DNA from: Candidatus Saccharimonadota bacterium
GTDB taxonomy: Bacteria > Patescibacteriota > Gracilibacteria > UBA4473
NCBI GenBank assembly: GCA_030429505.1
Contig: JAUIFI010000001.1
Coordinates: 120,001-152,000, forward strand
Length of the DNA stretch: 32,000 bases
Direction of reading: 5' to 3'
The notes beneath the pieces are model-generated. The model made no database searches. It worked only from the letters and a program-made list of their open reading frames with translations, and was not told where the DNA came from. Made by a program: the position numbers and the translations under genes. Position 1 is the first letter of the stretch. Each line of letters begins with the position of its first letter. Below, piece after piece: positions 7,769 through 13,397 of the stretch.

Positions 7769-8929
7769 TTATTGATCTGTATTTTCCGTGTCATTTTCTT
7801 GAGTATCAACTGAAGTATCCTCACTATCTGTTTCATTGTGTCCCATTTCACTAGTTGATTCATCAACTTGATTCTCTGGAGATGAATCATCTTCAAGTTC
7901 AGAAGACTCATTTATTGGAAGTTCTTCTTCCAGTGTCGTATTCGAATCTGACTCTTCACCGTTATTAGCTACAGACTCGTCTTCTATTACTTGTTGATCA
8001 TTTTTCAGCGGTTCTCCTGAAATAGGAGTAATTGATTCAGAACGAGCTTGTTCGGGAGTATCAGCATCTACAGTTTTAGCTGGAGCAGAAGGATCATCTG
8101 TTTTGCTCGGAGCATCCACGTAAATAATCGTAAAATAATACCCCTCACGACCACTTCCATCCGGAGCTTTTCCTTTTGTAAAAGCAACTCCAACATGAGT
8201 CAGAGATTGTATCATAGCAGTAGTATGACCAGTATGACTTGTGAGAATTTGAAAAGCTTCATCAACAGTTTGCCCCCAAGAAGTACTTTCTATAGCATTA
8301 GTCCCGTCCAGAGCAGCCATAGCTTGAGTCCTTCTCTCAGAACGATCTTTTGTGTGCCATTTTCCTTCTGCAGCGAGAGAGTCACTTTGTTGCTGCGCTA
8401 AATCAGAAAGATCTTGATTGAGTTCTAATGGTCCTTGAGCCATTCCTGAACGATAATCATTTATGTTTTTGAGAAAAGCCTCTCGAGAAGGAACTTCTAA
8501 CTGTTCCTGACTTTCGTGCACATTATCTGATTCAGATGCAAAGGATTGGATTTTTATTTGATCTTCAACCTTAAGTTCTTCCGGAGCAATAGCATCGAGG
8601 GGAGTATCTGTATCAGAATTTAAAAGAGATTTAACATCTTCGGGTAACTCCTCTCGACCTAAAATGCCATTTAAGACGGAGTTAATGTTTTGAGCAAAAG
8701 GGGTATTGCATGTTTGTACGTTTCGTTCTGCACACTGCCTTGCAAGTGGACATGTGCTTTCTGATGAGGTTATAGTCATACGAAAGACTTGTTCTGCTTG
8801 CTGACTACAATTTGGAGTTTCAACTTCCGGAACAACATCAGGAACATCAGAAGCCGTTTCTGCGTTTTGAAACAAAACACAGCCACCTTGTGAGAAGAAA
8901 AGCCCGGACACATGCCAAAGATTCTTCAT
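7769..8929 (-). CDS. secreted CAP/SCP-like domain protein with long acidic C-terminal tail
   Basis: 386 aa with a weakly hydrophobic N-terminus. Bacterial CAP-like core: NDYRSGMAQGPLELNQDLSDLAQQQSDSLAAEGKWHT...SWGQTVDEAFQILTSHTGHTTAMIQSLTHVGVAF...YYFTIIYV. The tail is D/E/S/T-rich. Confidence 0.65.
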   Translation of the reverse strand: MKNLWHVSGLFFSQGGCVLFQNAETASDVPDVVPEVETPNCSQQAEQVFRMTITSSESTCPLARQCAERNVQTCNTPFAQNINSVLNGILGREELPEDVKSLLNSDTDTPLDAIAPEELKVEDQIKIQSFASESDNVHESQEQLEVPSREAFLKNINDYRSGMAQGPLELNQDLSDLAQQQSDSLAAEGKWHTKDRSERRTQAMAALDGTNAIESTSWGQTVDEAFQILTSHTGHTTAMIQSLTHVGVAFTKGKAPDGSGREGYYFTIIYVDAPSKTDDPSAPAKTVDADTPEQARSESITPISGEPLKNDQQVIEDESVANNGEESDSNTTLEEELPINESSELEDDSSPENQVDESTSEMGHNETDSEDTSVDTQENDTENTDQ

Positions 8930-8931
8930 AT

Positions 8932-9264
8932 TTATAGTAAGGCATTAATTGAGCTTTCTAGTTCCTGAAGCGTCGCTTCATCTTCTTTTTTGCTTTGAAC
9001 TTCTTGCTCTTCTGTCTGACCTTTGATTTGCGTTTGAAGAAAGTGAGTAAACTCACTCAAGAAATCAGGATGCTTTTCGATATAAGCGGTCAAAAGTTGA
9101 TGTTGTTTGTGATACGCCTTTTGCAAAAGACGTCCTATTATTTCCAGTTTTTCGTCAGAAAAAGTATCTATTCCATCCACAATTTTTTCCCGAACTTCAT
9201 CAGTAATGATAAAAAGTCCTCTGAGAATCTCTAAAATATCTTGTTTTGTTTTATCTTGCCCCAT
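8932..9264 (-). CDS. small helical hypothetical protein (paralog of the C-terminal half of ORF 4842-5348)
   Basis: 110 aa with an ATG start. Its stop lies 2 nt before the next start. ILEILRGLFIITDEVREKIVDGIDTFSDEKLEIIGRLLQKAYHKQHQL aligns with the domain in the 168-aa protein. Confidence 0.65.
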   Translation of the reverse strand: MGQDKTKQDILEILRGLFIITDEVREKIVDGIDTFSDEKLEIIGRLLQKAYHKQHQLLTAYIEKHPDFLSEFTHFLQTQIKGQTEEQEVQSKKEDEATLQELESSINALL

Positions 9265-9270
9265 CCTCTC

Positions 9271-9279
9271 ATTATACCA
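9271..9279 (-). promoter_or_regulatory. extended -10 promoter element (TGgTATAAT), predicted leaderless transcript for ORF 8932-9264
   Basis: The minus strand reads GTGGTATAATGAGAGG-ATG. A perfect TATAAT (9276-9271) is preceded by TGn. Only 6 nt separate the hexamer from the ATG at 9264. Confidence 0.45.
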
Positions 9280-9340
9280 CGAAAAATCAATCTATACAAG
9301 GGTTCCAAGTGATTATATTCGTCATAAAAAAGGCATGATT

Positions 9341-11296
9341 TTAATAAGGCTTTTGTTTGACCCCATTAATGGTTATATTCCCATGAGGATCATAATTACA
9401 GACCCAAACAATACCTTTTGCATTTCCACCTATCCTCTCATCATAATACTCGCCACACGTTTGTTTTCCGCAACCAACTTTTTTTGTATCTTTCCAAACC
9501 ACTTGAGTGTAATGTCCGACTGTATTCAATGGACCTCTTTCTCCTGGGGAAAGAGGTCTCCTTAAAATCCTTTCGTTAGCAGATTTACACGAGTTATTCC
9601 AGACATATCTATTGGAGGCATAGTCATAGCATTCTTTTTCAGATACCCATCCATCAGTAGCTCCATGAGCATCCACAATACTTGAAAATGACATTGATGG
9701 ACTGCCAATTCCCCAAGCCAAATTTTCTCCCCAATTTTTTTCTTTTCTTCCCAAGGTACTCCGATGATGATCACTATTATTAGCTCGATCAAATATCTCA
9801 CAGTTTTTGTTATCCTTAAGAAAATCAGCCCACTCTTGAGCATAAGTCGCAATATTCGCATCCCAAACTAAGCTCCCAACGCCTACATCTCTTCGAGCAT
9901 CATTATGAAACCTAACTATATCTTGAATTTCTTCATTTGATAATTTAGATCCTGAAGAGGGTGGGGAAGTGTCGTCATGTTCATCACCACATTCTGTCTT
10001 GGTACATTTCCCTTCGCCATCGCATTCGATCTCAATCTCTTCTCCGCCGCTACTTTCAGAACCATTATCACTATCATCTCCACCAAAAGGGTCTGGACCG
10101 GCAATACCATCTAAAGATTTATCGGGATCGGGGATGTCGTTATCGGAGTCGTCTCCTCCAAATGGATCAGGACCGGCAATGCCCCCATTTTCAAGGGGAT
10201 CTTCTCCTTCTTCAGTCGCACAGCTGCCATTCTTTTTACAGACTTCTTTAACACATTTTGTACCATCACATACGGTTTTTTCAGTTCGAGCACCTTCTTC
10301 AGGGTCTGGATCTGGAATTTCTTTTGGAAGTGCACATGATTGAGGTTCAGGTTCGGGGGGAGACATATCTTCTCCTTCACTATCAATAGTTTTGTCATAA
10401 TTTCCGCTATCATCTAGACAATCAGAGTCACCAGCATCGACTTCACCATCATTGTTATTATCTTTACCATCTTGGCATTGAGTCGTAGCCAAAGATTCGT
10501 ATACAGAATCATCAAGCTCAGGTTCACCATCATCTAGTACAGAAGCGTAGAGAGGAAACATAAACCGAAACGCAGTTTTTTCACTTCCACCACCTTTACA
10601 TCCTGGATCATCCATATCGATCAAACCATCCCCATCATTATCCATTCCATCGCTACATTCATGAGGCGTACCAAAGAAACCCGGGTTAATACTCTCCAAA
10701 AGTAAACCAATCAAAAAAAGTAAAATAATACTGGCAATGGCCTTAAAAATGTCATCTTTTGCCTCAGTCACAGATTCCGAACGAGCCCCCCCAGTCATGA
10801 TTTGAATCCCTCGAATAACAATAATCAGAACAGCAATAATTCCAATGATTGAAGCTGCATATCGATAAAAAACAGATACCAGGTTTCCGATCAACTCCAT
10901 TCCCGTTCTTCCCCGAATGGTTTTGTATTTCCCCCACGCTTCTTTGAGTTCGACACAATATCCTACATCTGTAAAACCGGCGGAAGCAGGGTCGATACAC
11001 TTGGTCGTACTTGCCCACAAGTCAAAATCAGCCGGTGGATGATCTCCATCAAACGTATAAAAATCATCAAAAGCTTTATCAAGATAAGCTACATATTCAT
11101 CATAAACTCTCTTTCTATCTCTTCCTTCAGCCGTACTGGTATCATGTGGTGGCTTAAATTCTTCCCATACAGTTTGATCTGTTTTACTAATTATAAACAT
11201 AGCCTTTGGCGGAGGTGGTGGGCGTTGAGCATCTCCCTCCGGTAATAACCAGAGAAAAGCCACTAAGAAGGAAAGAAGTATGAAAAATTTCTTCAT
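9341..11296 (-). CDS. multidomain surface protein: signal peptide, pilin-like hairpin, DNDGDG modules, acidic repeats, C-terminal CAP/SCP/PR-1 domain
   Basis: 651 aa from the ATG at 11296 (the track start at 11311 is a TTG). Signal peptide MKKFFILLSFLVAFLWLLPEGDAQ, followed by RPPPPPK. Hairpin IIGIIAVLIIVIRGIQIMTGGARSESVTEAKDDIFKAIASIILLFLIGLLL. Modules ECSDGMDNDGDGLIDMDDPGC and QCQDGKDNNNDGEVDAGDSDC. Two copies of GIAGPDPFGGDDSDN. CAP motifs FHNDARRDVGVGSLVWD, GHYTQVVWKDTKKVGCG, VWVCNYDPHGN. Confidence 0.82.
   Translation of the reverse strand: MKKFFILLSFLVAFLWLLPEGDAQRPPPPPKAMFIISKTDQTVWEEFKPPHDTSTAEGRDRKRVYDEYVAYLDKAFDDFYTFDGDHPPADFDLWASTTKCIDPASAGFTDVGYCVELKEAWGKYKTIRGRTGMELIGNLVSVFYRYAASIIGIIAVLIIVIRGIQIMTGGARSESVTEAKDDIFKAIASIILLFLIGLLLESINPGFFGTPHECSDGMDNDGDGLIDMDDPGCKGGGSEKTAFRFMFPLYASVLDDGEPELDDSVYESLATTQCQDGKDNNNDGEVDAGDSDCLDDSGNYDKTIDSEGEDMSPPEPEPQSCALPKEIPDPDPEEGARTEKTVCDGTKCVKEVCKKNGSCATEEGEDPLENGGIAGPDPFGGDDSDNDIPDPDKSLDGIAGPDPFGGDDSDNGSESSGGEEIEIECDGEGKCTKTECGDEHDDTSPPSSGSKLSNEEIQDIVRFHNDARRDVGVGSLVWDANIATYAQEWADFLKDNKNCEIFDRANNSDHHRSTLGRKEKNWGENLAWGIGSPSMSFSSIVDAHGATDGWVSEKECYDYASNRYVWNNSCKSANERILRRPLSPGERGPLNTVGHYTQVVWKDTKKVGCGKQTCGEYYDERIGGNAKGIVWVCNYDPHGNITINGVKQKPY
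10064..10183 (-). repeat. in-frame direct repeat (75-nt period) encoding GIAGPDPFGGDDSDN twice
   Basis: Copy at 10139-10183 and copy at 10064-10108, both on the minus strand inside ORF 9341-11296. Confidence 0.8.
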
Positions 11297-11300
11297 TGTT

Positions 11301-12335
11301 TTACGAAGCAATAAAGATTAAAGATAATACAAACTGGACAATAATAAGTCCCAGATAGGCAATTAAAATACCAAAGATCGTATAAATCACGATGTTCTTT
11401 CCCTTTGTCAGCTGACTGTCATCACCTCTCGACGTAATCATTATAACTGCCCCAATAATCAAAAGTAGCACTCCCAATGTTCCAAATATCTGAGTAAAAA
11501 GGCGAATCACCCGACCGAAAATACTTACCTGGTCCTTCCCGTCATCTAAAAGAGTTAACTTATGCTCGTTTCCTACACTCAACTTTACATTAACATCAAA
11601 GTTTGAGGTGGTCTGTCCCAAAAGCTTGAGACTGGCATCTTGCATCTCAACAAGGCTTTCATGAAGGCATTTTCCAAACGTCGAATCAACATAGTCCTTG
11701 TTGTTCGACAACAAGGCTGTGTAGGCTACAATGAGTTTGAGCTTTGCTTGATGTTCAAGCATTTCATCAGAAGCAGAGTTTGCTTGTCCCCATAAATCTG
11801 TTCCAGAGGATGTATCATCTCCAATAAGCCCTTCTAAATTAGTACGAACTGTTGGAGCGTGAATGGGACGGACGACGAGAGGATCTATTTCATTCGTCAC
11901 AAAATCCTCTCGCTTGCTAAGACCTTTCGTACGAGCAGCTGGATCTCCATAAGAGATCGTATGAGGGACGTCCGGATAAGCCCAGATATCAAGTCTGGTA
12001 AGCGTATCAGGATCTTTGTTTTTCCGTTTAGTATTTATAAAAGCGTCAACCTCTCTGGTAACTCGACCAAGGGCATCTTGTATTTCAGGAATCTCCCAGT
12101 TTTTTTTCTCTTTGCTAAACCTTAAAAGGGCCGCATCATACATGAGCTTTTTTTTACATTGTTCTTTAGAAAGGTCTTTCTTTAGGTTTTGGCATTGAGT
12201 CCATTCAGCATTATTTATATCCAAATCAACTCCTCCAGCCGCACAGGGTCTAGAAGTTGTTTGAGCAAAAACTGCCTCAGTAAAAAACATTACTGAAAAC
12301 AAAAAGAAAAAAACTAATGTAAAACGCTTCTGCAT
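11301..12335 (-). CDS. secreted protein with C-terminal pilin-like hairpin anchor
   Basis: 344 aa. Signal peptide MQKRFTLVFFFLFSVMFFTEAVFAQ. Ectodomain of unknown fold. C-terminal hairpin IFGTLGVLLLIIGAVIMITSRGDDSQLTKGKNIVIYTIFGILIAYLGLIIVQFVL. Its stop is 4 nt before the next gene's ATG. Confidence 0.75.
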   Translation of the reverse strand: MQKRFTLVFFFLFSVMFFTEAVFAQTTSRPCAAGGVDLDINNAEWTQCQNLKKDLSKEQCKKKLMYDAALLRFSKEKKNWEIPEIQDALGRVTREVDAFINTKRKNKDPDTLTRLDIWAYPDVPHTISYGDPAARTKGLSKREDFVTNEIDPLVVRPIHAPTVRTNLEGLIGDDTSSGTDLWGQANSASDEMLEHQAKLKLIVAYTALLSNNKDYVDSTFGKCLHESLVEMQDASLKLLGQTTSNFDVNVKLSVGNEHKLTLLDDGKDQVSIFGRVIRLFTQIFGTLGVLLLIIGAVIMITSRGDDSQLTKGKNIVIYTIFGILIAYLGLIIVQFVLSLIFIAS

Positions 12336-12354
12336 AAAATATTCAACTGAAATC

Positions 12355-12363
12355 AGTATAACA
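12355..12363 (-). promoter_or_regulatory. extended -10 element (TGtTATACT) upstream of the minus-strand pilin-like/CAP operon
   Basis: The minus strand reads TTTGTTATACTGATTTCAGTTGAATATTTT-ATG, with 19 nt between the hexamer and the ATG at 12335. No Shine-Dalgarno. Confidence 0.4.
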
Positions 12364-12385
12364 AAGCTCCAAAGAAGGGGAAATA

Positions 12386-13114
12386 TTAATTAAATCGTTC
12401 TCGAAATATTTGGTCTTTATGTATTCCCTGCGAAAGCAAAATCTGTTCTACTGATTGCACCATATTGCCATTTCCACAAATATAAAATTCTGTCTGGTCA
12501 TCATAATCTTCTGCCTTTAAAAATTCAGTAATTCGACAAGGCGATCCGTAAGGACCAAGCTTGTGAGAATCAAGTTCTCGAGAAAGACCAAGTTTGATGT
12601 TTAATTTTTTACTCCACGTTTCTAGCTCATCCAGATATGCCAAATGCTTGAGATCTTTTCCTCCATATAAAAGTGTCATCGACCGAGGAATATCTGCTTG
12701 AGCTTCATGCAAAATCATGGAACGAAATGGGGCAATGCCTGTGCTCGTGGCACAGAAAACTAACTTAACATCTTTCTTATCTGACAAACCAAAATGACCA
12801 AAAGGACCTTTAAAGGGAAAACAGTCTCCTATTTCCACTTCATTCCAAATATTGGAAGCTGTCCCTCCTGAAATTAAACGGACCACAAACTCAATCTCCT
12901 TTTCAATCGGACTTGAAGCGATTGAGTAGGATCTCCAAGCTTTATCCGTAAATTGAAGCGACAAAAATTGTCCGGGCTTAAAAGACAAGGGACCAGTAAG
13001 TTCCGTTTTCCCATCTAAAGACAGAGCTCCATCGATTGTAAAACGAAATTTTTTCGTATCACAAGCAACATCTTGTGCTAAAGTCAGTCGAAGATTTCCC
13101 TGAAAAATATTCAT
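12386..13114 (-). CDS. ferredoxin-NADP reductase-family flavoprotein (FAD/NAD(P)-binding oxidoreductase)
   Basis: 242 aa. FNR-family motifs: PGQFLSLQF, WRSYSIASSP (RxYS), GPFGHF, ATSTGIAPFRSM, FYICGNGNMV. ATGA overlap with the upstream ferredoxin gene. Confidence 0.85.
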   Translation of the reverse strand: MNIFQGNLRLTLAQDVACDTKKFRFTIDGALSLDGKTELTGPLSFKPGQFLSLQFTDKAWRSYSIASSPIEKEIEFVVRLISGGTASNIWNEVEIGDCFPFKGPFGHFGLSDKKDVKLVFCATSTGIAPFRSMILHEAQADIPRSMTLLYGGKDLKHLAYLDELETWSKKLNIKLGLSRELDSHKLGPYGSPCRITEFLKAEDYDDQTEFYICGNGNMVQSVEQILLSQGIHKDQIFRERFN

Positions 13115-13371
13115 GAGTCTTTGTGATGAGTGCGAAAAAATTTCCCCATCTCTACCGCAGTCATATGCGAATATTTTTTTTCCGTGTTCGCTTTAATATC
13201 TTCGATAACAACAGTTGGACCAAAGTCGCAATTATCCTGACACGGACACGTTTCTACTACAAAATCTTCTGGACTTGATTCGCTTTCGTTCTGTGCTCGC
13301 TCCAACGTGTATCGACTCATATTCCCAGAACAAGCCTTGCCCTGACACACTTTAATCTTATATTTTGTCAT
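13111..13371 (-). CDS. thioredoxin-like [2Fe-2S] ferredoxin
   Basis: 86 aa from the ATG at 13371 (the track start at 13380 is a TTG). Cys pattern VCQGKACSG ... ETCPCQDNCDFGPTVVI is typical of NuoE/thioredoxin-like 2Fe-2S proteins. TATATT lies 7 nt upstream of the ATG. Confidence 0.72.
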   Translation of the reverse strand: MTKYKIKVCQGKACSGNMSRYTLERAQNESESSPEDFVVETCPCQDNCDFGPTVVIEDIKANTEKKYSHMTAVEMGKFFRTHHKDS

Positions 13372-13397
13372 AATATCCAATATACTCGCTCAAAATA

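Noticed and set aside
9969-10343. 124-aa Ser/Pro-rich ORF on the plus strand, and the similar ORFs at 9961-10251 and 10111-10413
   Set aside because: These are antisense or off-frame shadows of the Asp/Gly/Glu-rich repeat region of the 651-aa minus-strand gene. Their low-complexity composition mirrors the sense codons.
1466-12335. Pilin-like genes as evidence for a conjugative element or integrated T4SS island
   Set aside because: The window contains no VirB4/VirD4 ATPase, relaxase, integrase, transposase or flanking repeats. The two clusters are interleaved with housekeeping genes (nitroreductase, rplU). I therefore treat them as chromosomal surface-protein genes, not as a mobile element.
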